A stretch of DNA of 64,000 nt, taken from the human T2T-CHM13v2.0 reference genome, Homo sapiens. The notes below the pieces were generated by a model. It was not told the origin of the DNA, did not search any database, and saw only the letters and a list, made by a program, of their open reading frames with translations. Location: NCBI RefSeq assembly GCF_009914755.1, contig NC_060938.1. The stretch is one strand, 5' to 3'. Below, piece after piece: positions 14,922 to 29,479 of this stretch (position 1 is its first letter; every line of letters begins with the position of its first letter). The position numbers and the translations under genes are program-made.

Positions 14922-15091
14922 ATTCTATTCCATTAGACTCCATTCCATTACATTCCGTTCAATCTGATTCCATTCCATTCTATTCCTTTCCATTCCATTC
15001 CATTCCATTCTATTCCATTAGACTCCATTCCATTACATTCCGTTCAATCTGATTCCATTCCATTCTATTCCTTTCCATTCCATTCCATTCC
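14922..15091 (+). repeat. Perfect 85-bp tandem duplication
   Basis: CATTAGACTCCATTCCATTACATTCCGTTCAATCTGATTCC occurs at 14931 and 15016. Confidence 0.9.
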
Positions 15092-18000
15092 ATTTCATTA
15101 GTTTCCATTACATTCGTGTCCATGCCAATCCAGGCAATTACTTTCAAGTCCATTCCATTCCAGTGCATTCCATTCAAGTCCATTCCATTCCATTCCTTTC
15201 CATTCGATATCTTTCCATTACACTCCTTTCCATTCTATTCCTTTCGATTCCATTCAATTCCATTCCATTCCATTCCATACCATACGGTTCCATTACTTTC
15301 GTCTCCATTGCAATCGTGTCTATTCCATTCCATTCCGTTCCGTTCAAATTCAATCCGTTCAATTCCATTTTGCTCCAGTCGTTCCATTCGAGTCCATTCA
15401 TTCCAGTAAATTCCATTGGATTCCATTCCTTTCGATTCCATTCCATTCGATTCCTTTACAGTCGATTACACTCGGTTCCATTCCATTGCATTCCATTCTC
15501 TTCCATTCCATTGCATTCCATTCCATTATATTTGATTACATTCCTTTCGTTTCCATGCCATTTGAATCAATTACATTGCAATCCATAACATTCGAGTCCA
15601 TTCTAATTCAGTCCATTCCATTCCGTTTCATTCTAATCAATTCAATTCCTTTCGATTCCACTCCATACTATTGCATTCCATTCGATTCTATTGCATTCGT
15701 ATAAATTCCATTCGAGACCATTCTTTTTGAATCCATTCTATTTGATTCCATTCTATTCGAGTCCATTACATTTGGGTCCATTCCATTCCATTCCATTCCA
15801 TTCCATTCCATTCTATGCCATTCCAATCTATTCTATTCTATTCGAGTCCATTCCATTCAAGTCCATTCGCTTCCATTCCATTCCATTCCTTTCCATTCCG
15901 TGCCATTCCATTCAATTCTATTCCATTCGACTCCATTCCATTCCATTGCCTTCCATCCGATTCCATTCCATTCTATTCCTTTCCATTCCGTTCAATCACA
16001 TCCCATTCGTTTCCATTATATTCGAGTCCACTCCACTCCAGTACATTCCATTCCATTCCATTCCATTCCAGTCCATTCCATTCGAGTCCACTCTATTCAA
16101 TTCCAATCCATTCAATTTCTGCCTGTTACACTCAATTAAATTCTATTCCATTGAATTCCATTCCATTTGGTTCCATTCCATTCGACTCCATTCCATTTGA
16201 GTCCATTCCATTCCAATCCATTCCATTCCATTCCGTTCGATTCCAATCTGTTCGACTCCATTTTTTTCCAGTCCATTCCATTCGTGTCCATTCCATTCCA
16301 GTACATTCCATTGGATTCCATTCCATTCGATTCCTTTCCATTTGATTCCATTCCACTTGATTCCACTCCGTTCCATACCATTGTATTCCATTATATTTCA
16401 TGCCATTGCATTCCATTCTATTCCATGCCATTGCATTGGATTCCATTCCAATAGATTACATTCCATTCGTTTCCATTCCATTTTAATAAATTATAGTGTG
16501 ATAAATTACATTCGAGTCCGTTCTATTCCAGTCCATTCCATTCCGCTACATTCCATTTGATTCCATTCCATTCGAATCCATTGCATACTGTTGCATTCCA
16601 TTAATACAATTCTATTCTAATAAATTCCATTTGATACCATTCCTTTCAAGTCCATTCTATTTGAGTCCATTCCGTACAAGTCCATTATATTTGGGTCCAT
16701 TCCATTTGGGTCCATTCCATTCGATTCCAATCAATTCCATTCCATTCGCTTCTATTCCATTCGATTCCTTTCCATTCGACTGTATTCCATTTGAGTCCTT
16801 TCCATTCCATTCCATTCCATTACGTTCGATTCCCATCCGTTCGATAACATTTTGTTCCAGTCCATTCCGTTCGATTCCATTCCATTCAAGTCCATTCTCT
16901 TCGATTCCATTCCATTTGATTCTATTCCATTTGATTCTATTCCATTCGATTCCATTCCATTCAATTCTATTCCACTCGATTCCAATCTGTTCCATTCTAT
17001 TGCATTTCATTCTATTCCACTCGATTGCATTCCATTCTATTCCATTCCATTGCAGTCTATTCCATTACATTATATTAAATTCCATTCCATTCCATTGCAT
17101 TCCTTTGGATTCCATTATATTACTTTCCATTCTATTCCATTCCATTCAAATGAATTACATTGCAATCCATTCCATTCGAGTCAGTTCTATTCCATTCCAT
17201 TCATTCCAGTCCATTCCATTCGATTCCATTCCATACTATTGCATTCCATTCGAATCCATTCTATTCGAATAAATTCTATTGGAGACCATTCCTTTCGAGT
17301 CCATTCTATTTGAGTCCATTCCATTCGAGTTCATTAGATTTGGGTCCCTTCCATTCAATCCCATTCCATTCCATTCGATGCCATTCCATTCTATTCTATT
17401 CCATTGAGACCATTGCATTTGAGTCCATTCAATTCCATTCCATTTGATGCCTTTCCATTCGATTCTATTCCATTCGACTCCATTCCTTTCCATTCCGTTA
17501 CATCCGATTCCATTCCATTCTATTCCATTCCATTCCTTTCCATTCTTTTCCATTCCATTCGAGTCCATTCCATTCCTTTCCATTTCATTCCATTCCATTC
17601 CATTCCATTCGAGTCTATTCCATTCGACTCCATTCCATTCCATTCCGTTCCATCCGTTTCCATTCCATTCTATTCCTTACCATTCCATTCCAATCTTTCC
17701 ATTCCATTCGTTTCCATTCTTTCGAGTCCATTCAACTGCATTCCATTCCATTCGAGTCCGTTCCATTCCATTCCACTCCATTCGAGTCCATTCCATTCCA
17801 TTCCATTTTATATCTTTTCATTACACTCCATTCCATTATATTCTCTTCGATTCCATTGAATTCCATTCTTTTAGATTCCATTACATTCGAATACATTCCA
17901 TTCAAATCCATTCCATTCGAGTCCATTCCATACCATTCCATTCCATCTCTTTCTGTTTGATTCCATTTTTTTCCAGTGCATTCCATTCGAGTACATTCCC

Positions 18001-21000
18001 TTCCAGTCCATTCCTATCCATTCCATTCAATTCCATTCCATTCGCTTCCATTCCACTCGATTCCACTCCATTCCATTCCATTACATTGCATTTTATTCCA
18101 TTCCATTGCAATTCATTACATTCTATTTGATTACATTCCTTTCGATTCCATTCGATTTGAATCCATTACATTGCAGTCCATTACATTCGAGTACATTCTA
18201 TTAAATTCCATTCCATTCCGTTCCATTCCATTCGATTTCGATCCATTCGATTCCATTCCATACAATTGCATTCCATTCTATTCCATTGTATTCGAATAAA
18301 TTCGTATCGAGGCCATTCCTTTCAAATGCATTCTATTTGAGTCCATTCCATTCAAGTCCATTATATTTGGGTCCATTCCATTCCATTCCAATCCATTCCA
18401 TTCTATTACATTCGAGTCCATTCCTTTCGAGTCCCTTCCATTCCATTCCATTCCATTCGAGTCCATTCCATTCCAGTCAATTCTATTCGAGTCCATTCCA
18501 TTTGATTTCATTCCGGTCGATTCCACTCCTTTCCATTCCATTGCATTCCATTCCATTCCTTTAGAATACATTCCATTCGATTCCATTCCATTCGAATCAA
18601 TTACATTGCAATCCATTACATTCGAGTCCATTCTATTCCAGTCTATTACATTCTGGTCCATTCCATTGGATTCCATTCCATTTGATTCCAATCTTACAAT
18701 TGCATTCCTTTCAATTCAATTCTATTTGAATAAATTCGATTTCATTCCATTCCATTCGATGCCATTCCATTCGATTCTATTCCATTTGACTCCATTCCAT
18801 TCCATTCCATTCCGTTCCATTCCATTCCATTCCATCCAATTCCATTCCATTAAATTCCTTTGCATTCTATTGCATTCCATTCCGTTCCTTTCCATTCGTT
18901 TCCATTACATATGAGTCCATTCCACTCCAATCCATTCCATTCATGTCCATTGCATTCCAGTCCGTTCCATTCGTGTCCATTCCATTCCACTACATTCCAT
19001 TCGATATCTTTCCATTAAACTCCATTTCATTATATTCCCTTCAATTCCATTGAATTCCATTCTATTCGATTCCACTCCATTCGATTCCATTGCATTCGAC
19101 TCCAATCCATTCGAATCCATTCCATACCATTCTATTTCATTCCATTCCGTTCGATTCCTATCCGTTCAATTCCATTTTGTTCCAGTCCATTCCATTCGTG
19201 TCCATTCCATTCCATTCCAACCGATATCTTTCTGTTACACGCAATTCCACTATATTCTTTTCGATTCCATTCAATTCCATTCCGTTTGATTCCATTACAT
19301 TCGATTCCATTTGATTCGATTCCATTGCACTCGATTCCACTACATTCCTTTCCATTGCATTCTATTCTATTCAATTCAATTGCTTTCCATTCTATTCCAT
19401 TAAATAACATTCCATTCAATTGCATTCCATTCGAATCTATTACTTTGCAATCCATTACATTCGAGTCCATTCTATTCCAGTCCATTTCATTCCCGTTCAT
19501 TCCATTCGATTCCATTCCTTTCTATTCCATTCCACACAATTCCATTCCATTTGATTCCATACTATTCGAATAAATTCCATTAAAGACCATTCCTTACTAC
19601 TCCATTCGATTCCATTCCATTCAAGTACATTCTTTTCAATTAGAATCCATTCGATTCCATTCCACTCGTTTCCATTCCACTCGATTGCACTCTGTTCCAT
19701 TTCATTGCATTCCATTCTGTTCCATTCGATTGCATTCCATTCCATTCTATTTGCTTACATTCCATTTGATTCCATTCCATTCGAAACAATTACATTGCAG
19801 TCCACTACATTCAAATCACTTCCATTCTAGTCCATTCCATTCCTTTCCTTTCCATTGAATTCCATTCAATTCGATTCCATTCCATACTATTTTATTCCAT
19901 TCAATTCCATTCTATTCTAATAAATTCCATCTGAAACCATTCCTTTCGAGTCCATTCTATTTGACTCCATTCCATTGGATTCTATTCCATTTGAGTCCAT
20001 TCCATTCCATTCCATTCCATTCCATTCGATGCCATTCCATTCTATTCTATTACATTTGAGTGGATTCCATTCAAGTCCATTCATTTGCATTCCATTCCGT
20101 TGCATTCCATTGCATTCGATGACATTCTATTAGATTCTATTCCATTTGACTCCATTGCATTCCATTCCGTTCCATCCTATTCCATTCCATTCTATTCTAT
20201 TCCATTCCATTCCTTTCCTTTCAATACGTTTCCATTCCATTTGAGTCCATTCCACTGCAGTCCATTCAATTCAAGTTCATTCTATTCCAGTCCATTCGAG
20301 TCTATACTATTCCATTCCATTTCATTGGATATCTTTACATGACACTCCCATTCATTCTATTCCTATTGAATCCATTCCATTCCATTCCATTCGGTTCCAT
20401 TCCATTCGATTCCATTCCATTCCAGTCCTTTGCATTGCATTGCATTCCATTCCATTCGATTGCAATCCGTTTGACTCCATTTTGTTCCAGTCCATTCCAT
20501 TAGAGTCCATTCCATTCCATTCCATTCTATTCTGTTACATTTGATCCTGTTTCATTCGATTCCATTCCACTCGATTCCACTCTGTTCCATTTTATTGCAT
20601 TCCATTCAATTACATTCCATTGCATACCATTCCATTCCATTTGATTACATTCCATTTGAATCCCTTCCATTCAAATCAATTATATTACAATCAATGACAT
20701 TCAAGTCCATTCTATTCCAATTCATTCCATTCCAGTCAATTAAATTTGATTTCATTCCATTTGATTCCCTTCCATCCTATTGAATTCCATTTGATTCCAT
20801 TCTATTCGAATAAATTCCTTTTGAGACCATTCCTTTCGTGTTCATAGTATTTGATTCCATTCCATTCGTGTCCATTATATTTGGGTCCATTCCATTCTTT
20901 CCTATTCCCCTTGATGCCATTCCATTCTGTTCTATTTCATTCGAGTCCATTCCATTCGAGTCCATTCCATTCCATTCCATTCCATTCCATTAGACGCCAT

Positions 21001-24000
21001 TCCATTTGATTCTATTCCATTCGAATGCATTCCTTTCCATTCCATTCCATCTGATTCCATTCCATTCTATTGCTTTCCATTCCATTCCATTCCTTTCCAT
21101 TGCATTCGAGTCCATTCCACTCCAGTCTGTTCCATTCTAGTGCATTCCATTCCAGTCCATTCCATTTGAGTCTATTCGATTCCATTCGATATCATTCCAT
21201 TTCACTGTATTCCATCCTATTCCTTTTGATTCCATTCAATTCCATTCCATTCGTTTCCATTCCATTCGATTACTTTCCATTCGAGTCCATTTCTTTGGAG
21301 TCCATTCCATTTCATTCCATTCCATTACATTCCATTCCGTTTGATTCCAATGCGTTCAATTCCGTTTTCTTCCATTCCATTCCATTCGAGTCCATTCCAT
21401 TACCGTCCATTCCATTTGATTCCAGTCCTTTCGAGTCCATTCTATTCCATTCCATTCCATTGGATATGTTTACATTACACTCCCTTTCATTCTATTCTTT
21501 CAATTCAATTCAATTCCATTCAATTCCATTCTTTCAGTTCCATTCCATTCGACTCCATTCCATTCGAGTCCATTCCATTCCATTCCATTCCATGCTTTTC
21601 GATTCCAATAGGTTCGAATCCATTTTGTTCCAGTCCATTCCATTCGAGTCCATTCCATTCGATTCCATTCAATTCGATTCCATTCCATTCAATTCCATTG
21701 CACTCGATTCCACTCCGTTCCATTCCATTCCATTCCATTCTATTCCATTCCATTGCATTGCATTCCATTCCATTTGATTATTTTCCATTCGATTCCATTC
21801 CATTCGAATCAATTACATTACAGTCCATTTCATTCAAGTCCTTTCTATTCCAGTCCATTCCATTCGGTCCATTCCATTTGATGCAATTCCATTCGATCCC
21901 ATTACATACTATTGCATTCCATTCGAGTACATTCAATTCGAATAAATTCCATTCTAGACCTTTCCTTTGGAGTCCATTCTATTTCTCCATTGTATTCGAG
22001 TCCACTACATTTGGGTACATTCCATTCCACTCCGTTCCATTCTATTCCATTCCATTCCATTCAATTCCATTCCATTCTATTCCATTCCAGTCCATTCCAT
22101 TCGATTCCGTTCCATTCCTTTCCATTTGAATTGATGCCATTCCCTTTGATTCTATTCCATTCTACTCCATTCCATTCCATTCCAATCTTTCCGATTCCAT
22201 TCCATTCCATTCCATTTCATTCGATGCCATTCCATTCGATTCTATTCCATTCGAGTCCATTCCAATCGAGTCCATTCCATTCCATTCCATTCTATTCGTG
22301 TCCATTCCATTCTATTCCATTCAATGCCATTCCATTCAATTGTATTCTTTTCCACTCCATTCCATTCCATTCAGTTCCATCCAATTCCATTCCATTCTAT
22401 TCCTTTCCGTTCCATACCATTCCATTCCATTGCATCCCATTCATTTCCATTTCATTCGAGTCCATTCCTCTCCAGTCCATTCCATTCGAATCCATTGCAT
22501 TCCAGTCCATTCCATTGGAGTCCATTCCATTCCATTGCATACGATATATTTCCATTACACTCCATTCCATTTTATTCCTTTCGATTCCATTCCATTCCAT
22601 TCCATTCAATTCCATTCCCTGTGATTCCATTGCATTTCAATCTATTGCATTCAATTCTATTCAATTCGATTCCATTCCACTCGATTGCACTCCATTTCAT
22701 TCCGTTGCATTCCATTCTATTTCATTCAATTGCATTCCTTTCCTTACCATTTGATTACATTCCATTCAATTCCATTCAATTCGAATCAATTATATTGCAA
22801 TCCATTACATTCGAGTACGTTCTATACCGGTCCATACCATTCCGCTCCAATACCTTCGATTCCATTCCATTTGATTCCAATGTATACTATTGCATTCCAT
22901 TCCAAAATATTGCATTCCATTCCATTCCATTCTATTCGAATAAATTCCATTTGAGACCATTCCATTCGGGTCCATTCTATTTGATTCCATTCCTTTCGAG
23001 TCCATTACATTTGCATCCATTCCATTCCATTGCATTCCACTTGATGCTATTCCATTGTGCTCTATTTCATTCGAGTCCATTCCATTCGAGTCCATTCCAT
23101 TCCATTCCATTCCATTCAACGCCATTCCATTAGATTCTACTCCATTCGAATCCATTCCTTTCCATTCCATTCCATCTGATTCCATTCCATTCTATTCCGT
23201 TCCATTCCATTCCTTTCCATTCCATGCCATTCGTTTCCATTCCATTCGAATCCATTCCACTCCAGTCCATTCCATTCGAGTCCATTCCAATTCAGTCCAT
23301 TCCATTCGAGTCAATTCCATTCCATTTGATATCATTCCATTTCACTCCATTCCATTCTATTCATTTCAATTCCATGCAATTCCATTCCATTCGATTACTT
23401 TCCATTCGACTCCATTCCGCTGCAGTCCATTCCATTCCATTCCATTCCATTCCGTTTCATTCTGTTCGATTCCAATCCGTTCAATTCCATTTTGTTCCAG
23501 TCCATTCCATTCGAGGCCCTTCCATTCCCATCCATTCCATTAGATTCCATTCCTTTCAAGTCCATTCTATTCCATTCCATTGGATATCTTTACATTACAC
23601 TCAATTTCATTCTATTACTTTTGATTCCATTCAATTCCATTCATTCAGCTCCATTCCATTCGACTCCATTCCATTCGAGTCCATTCGATTCCATTCCATT
23701 CAAATCACATACATTGCAATCCAATGCATTCGAGTCCATTCTATTCCAGTCCATTTCTTTCCTGTCCATTCCATTCAATTCTTTTCCTTTCGATTCCATT
23801 CCATACGATGGCATTCCATTCGATTCCATTCTATTTGAATAAATTCCATTTGATACCATTCCTTTCGAGTCCAATCTATTTAAGTCCATTCCATTCGAGT
23901 CCATTATATTTGGGTACATTCCATTCCATTCCATTCCATTGCATTCCATTTCATGCAATGTCATTCCATTCGATTCTATTCCATTCTTCTCTATTCCATT

Positions 24001-27000
24001 CCAGTTCGTTTCATCCAATTCCTTTCCATTCTACTCCTTTCCATTCCATTGATTCCATTCCATTCGTTTCCATTCTTTTCGAGTCCATTCCATTCAGGTC
24101 CATTCCTTTCCATTCCATTCGATGCCATTCCAATTGATTCTAATTCATTCGACTCCATTCCATTCCATTCCATCCGATTCCTTTCCATTCTATTCCTTTA
24201 AATTTCATTTCATTCCATTCCATTCCATTCCAGTCCATTCCATTCGAGTCCCTTCCATTGCATTCCATTCCATTCGATATCTTTCCATTACACCCAATTC
24301 CTTTCTATCCCTTTCGATTCCATTCAATTCCATTCCATTCGAATCCATTCCATTCGGCTCCATTCCATTCGACTCCTTTCCATTCGAGTCCATTCCATTC
24401 CATTCAATCCCATTCCATTCCATTCGATTCCAATCCGTTTGATTCCATTTTGTTCCAGTCCATTCCATTCGAGTCCATTCCATTCCATATCATTCGATGC
24501 CATTCAATGCGATTCTATTCCATTCGACTCCATTCCATTCCATTCAGTTCCATCCCATTCCATTCCATTCTATTCCTTTGCATTAAATTCCATTCCTTTC
24601 CATTCCATTCGTTTCCATTACTTTTGAGACCATTCCACTCCAGTCCATTCCAATCGAGTCCATTCCATTCCCGTCCATTCCATTCCCATCCATTCCATTC
24701 CATTCCATTCTATAGTTTGCATTCCATTTGATTCCCTTCTGTTCGAATAAATTCCCTTCGAGACCATTCCCCTGGAGTCCATTCTATTTGGGTCCATCCA
24801 TTCAAGTCCATTACATTTGGGTCCATTCCATTCCATTCCCTTCCCTTCAATTACAGTCCGTTCGATTCCATTTTTTTCCAGTCCATTCAATTCGAGTTCA
24901 TTCCATTCCTGTCCATTAGATGTCCTTCCAATCGATTCTATTCCATTTCACTCCATTCCATTCCATTCCGTTCCAATCGATTCCATTTCATTCTATTCCT
25001 TTCCATTTCATTCCATTCCATTCCTTTCCATTCCATTCCATTCACTTCCTTTGTATTTGATTCCATTCCCCTCCAGTCCATTCCATCCGAGTCCATTCTT
25101 TTCCAGTCCATTCCTTTTGAGTCCATTCCATTCCATTCTATTCGATATTTTTCCATTACACTTCATTCCATTCTATTTCTTTCAATTCCATTCTATTCGA
25201 TTCCACTGCAATCGATTCCATTCCATTCGACACCATTCCATTCGAGTCCATTCCACTCCAGTCCATTCCATTCGAGTCCATTCCATTCGAGTCCATTACA
25301 TTCGAGTCCATTCCATTCCATTCCATTCCATTCCATTCCATTCCATTCCATTCAATAGCTTTCCATTACACTCCATTCCATTCTATTCCTTTGGATTCCG
25401 TTCAATTCCATTCCATTCGACTCCATTCAATTCGAGTCCATTCCAATCCATTCCATTCCATTCCGTTCGATTCCAATCCGTTCGATGCCATTTTGTTCCA
25501 TTCCATTCCCTTCGATTGCATTCCATTCGATTACATTCTACTCAATTCCACTCTGATCCATTCTATTGCATTCCATTTTATTCCTTTCCATTGCATTCTA
25601 TTCAATTCTTTTGATTACATTCCATTCTATTCCAATCCATTCGTATCAATTACATTGCAATCCATTACATTGGAGTCTGTTCTGTTCCATTCCATTCCAT
25701 TCCGGTCCATTCCATTTGATTCCATTGCATTTGATTCCATTCCATTCTATTGCATTCCATTCGATTCCATTGTATTCGAATAAATTCCATTCGAGACCAT
25801 TTCTTTCGAGTCCATTCTATTTGAGTCCATTCCATTCGAGTCCATTACATTTGGGTCCATTTCCATTCTGTTCCATTCCATTCCAATCCATTCCATTTGA
25901 TTCTATTCCCTTCGACTCCATTCCATTTCATTCCATTCCATCTGATTGCATTCCATTCTATTCCTTTCCATTCCATTCCATTCCATTCGTTTACTTTCCA
26001 TTTGAGTCCATTCAACTCCAGTGCCTTTCATTTGAGTCCATTCCATTGCATTCCATTCCATTCCATTCCACTCCATTCCATTCCATTCCAATTGATTCGA
26101 TTCCCTTCCACTCAATTCCACTCCATTCCTTTCCATTGCATTCCATTCTATTCCATTCCATTGCATTCCTTTCCATTCCATTTGTTACATTCGATTCAAT
26201 TCCATTCCATTCGAATCATTTACTTTGCAATTGATTATATTTGAGTCCGTTCTAATCCAATCCATTCCATTCTGGTACATTCCTTTTGATTGCATTCTAT
26301 TCGATTCCATTCCATACTATTGCATTCGATTCGATTCCATTCTATTAGAATAAATTGCGTTCGAGACCGTACCTTTCGAGTCCATTCTTTTTCAGTCCAT
26401 TCCATTCGATTCTGTTACATTTGGGTCCATTCAATTTGATTCCATTCCATTCCATTCGATGCTATTCCATTCGAATCTATTCCATTCGGGTATATTCCAT
26501 TCCATTCCATTCCATTTCTTTCCATTCCATTCCATTCGATGCCATTCCATTCTATTCTATTCCATTTGACTCCATTCGATTCCATTCCATTCTGATTTCA
26601 ATCTATTCTTTTCCTTTCCCTTTCATTCCATTCCTTTTCATTCCATTCCTTTCCATTTCATTCGAGTCCATTCCACTCCAGTCCATTCCATTCCAGTCCA
26701 TTGCATTCGAGTCCATTGAATTCCATTCCATTCGATACCTTTCCATTACAATCCATTACATTCAATGGCTTTCCATTCCATTCAATTCCATTCCATTTGA
26801 TTCCATTCCCCTCGATTCCATTCCATTTGACTCCATTCCATTCGAGTCCATTGCATTCCATTCCATTCCATTCCGTTCGATTCCAATCCGTTCGATTCCA
26901 TTTTGTTCCAGTCCATTCCATTCGAATCCATTCCCTTCCATTCCATTCGATGCCATTCCATTCGAGTCCATTCCATTCCAGGCCATTCCATTGCATTCCA

Positions 27001-28699
27001 TTTGATTCCATTCCATTCTATTCTATTCCATTTGACTTTATTCCCTTCCATTCCATTCCGTACGATTCCATTGCATTCTATTCCTTTCCATCCGATTCCA
27101 TTGAATTCCATTCCATTCCAGTCATTTGCATTCCATTCGTGTCCATTGCACTCCAGTCCATTCCATTCGGGTCCATTCCATTCCATTCCATTCCATTCCC
27201 TTCGAGTCCATTCAATTCTATTGCATTCCATTTGATATCTTTCCATTACACACCATTCCATTCTATTCCTTTCGATTCCATTCCATTTCATTCCATTCTA
27301 TTACATTCCATTTGATTCCATTCCATTCGACTTCATTCCATTTGAGTGCATTCCATTCCATTCCATTCCGTTCCATTCGATTCCAGTCCATTCAAATCCA
27401 TTTTTCCTGTTCATTCCATTTGACTTCATTCATTCGATTCCATTCCATTCGATTCCATTCCACTCGAATCCACTCCGTTCCATTCCATTCCATTCCAGTG
27501 TATTAAATTCCATTCCATTTGATTACATTCCATTCAATTCCATTCCTTTTGAAGCTATTACATTGCAATCCATTACATTCGAGTCCGTTCTATTCCAGTC
27601 CATTCCATTTCGTTCCACTCCATTTGATTCCATTGCATTTGATTCCCTACCGTACTATTGCATTCCTTTCGATTCCATTCTATTCGCATAAATTCCATCT
27701 GAGACCATTACTTTTGAGTTCATTCTGTTTGAGTCCATTCTATTTGAGTCCATTCCATTCGAGTCCATGACATTTGGGTCCATTCCTTCCATTCCATTCA
27801 ATTCGATGCCATTCCATTCGATTCTATTCCATTCGAGTCCATTCCATTCGAGTCCATTCCATTCCATTCCATTCTATTCGATGCCATTCCATTCGATTCT
27901 ATTCCATTCGACTCCATTCCATTCCATTCCCTTCCAACCGATTACATTACATTCTTTTCTTTTCCATTCCATTCCATTCCATTTCATTAAATTCCTTTCC
28001 ACTCTGTTCGAGTCCATTCCTCTCCAGTCCTTTCCATTCGAGTCCATTCCATTCCAGTCCATTCCTATCTAATCCATTCCATTCCATTCCATTCTGTATT
28101 TTTCCATTACACTCCATTCCATACTATTCCTGTCGATTGCATTCAATTCCATTCCATTTGATTCCTGTCCATTTGATTCCATTCCATTCAACTCCATTCC
28201 TTTGAAGTCCATTCCATTCCATTCCTTTCAATTCCATTCCGTTCGATTCCAATCCATTCGATTCCATTTTGTTCTAGTCGTTTCCATCAGAGTCTATTCC
28301 ATTCCAGTCAATTCCATTCGATTCCTTTCCATTTGACTCCATTACATTCTATTCTGTTCCATCCGATTTCATTGCATTCTAATCCCTTCCCTTCCATTCC
28401 ATACTATTCCATTCCATTCAATGCCATTCAATTCTATTCTATTCCTTTTGAGTCCATTCCATTCGAGTCCATACCATTTCAATCCATTCCATTCCATTCC
28501 ATTCGATGCCATTCCATTCAATTCTATTCTATTTGACTCAGTTAAATTCTATTCCTTTCCATCCAATTCCATTCCTTTCTATTCCTTTCCATTGCATTCT
28601 AATCCATTCCATTCGATTCCATTCTATTCAATTCCATTCCTCTCCAGTCCATTCCTTTCGAGTCCATTCCATTGCAGTCCATTCCATTCCATTCCATTC

Positions 28700-29345
28700 G
28701 ATATCTTTCCATTACTCTCCATTCCATTCTATTCCTTTTGATTCCATTCAATTCCATTCCATTCGATATCTTTCCATTACACTCCATTCCGTCTATTCCT
28801 TTAGATTCCATTCAATTCCATTCCATTCGACTCCATTCCATTCGAGTCCATTCCATTCCACTCCACTCCATTCCATTCCATTCCATTCCCTTCTATTCCA
28901 ATCCGTTACTTTCCATTTTGTTCCAGTCAATTCCACTCGAGTCCATTCCATTGCAATCCATTCCATTCGAGTGCATTCCATTCCATTCCATTCGATATCT
29001 TTCCATTACTCTCCATTCCATTCTATTCCTTTCGATTCCATTCAATTCCATTCCATTCAATATCTTTCCATTACTCTCCATTCCATTCTATTCCTTTCGA
29101 TTCCATTCAATTCCATTCCATTCGATATCTTTCCATTACACTCCATTCCGTCTATTCCTTTAGATTCCATTCAATTCCATTCCATTCAATTCCATTCTAT
29201 TAGATTCCATTCCATTCAACTCCATGCCATTCATGTCCATTCCGTTCCATTCCTTTCCATTCCATTCCGTTCCATTCGATTCCAATCCGTTACTTTCCAG
29301 TTTGTTCCAGTCAATTCCACTCGAGTCCATTCCATTGCAGTCCAT
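28700..29345 (+). repeat. Nested duplication: 65-bp GATATC-containing unit (2 then 3 copies) inside a ~0.3-0.38 kb duplicated block
   Basis: GATATC/AATATC occurs at 28700, 28765, 28994, 29059 and 29124. Shared variants are CCGTCTATTCCTTTAGATT (~28789/~29148) and ATCCGTTACTTTCC (28901/29285). Confidence 0.85.
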
Positions 29346-29479
29346 TCCATTTGATTCCCTTCCATTCGATTCGATTAAATTCCATTTGATTCCATTCCAC
29401 TAGATTTCATTCCGTTCCATTCCATTGCATTCCATTCTATTCCATTCCATTGCATTCCATTCCATTCCATTTGATTTAA

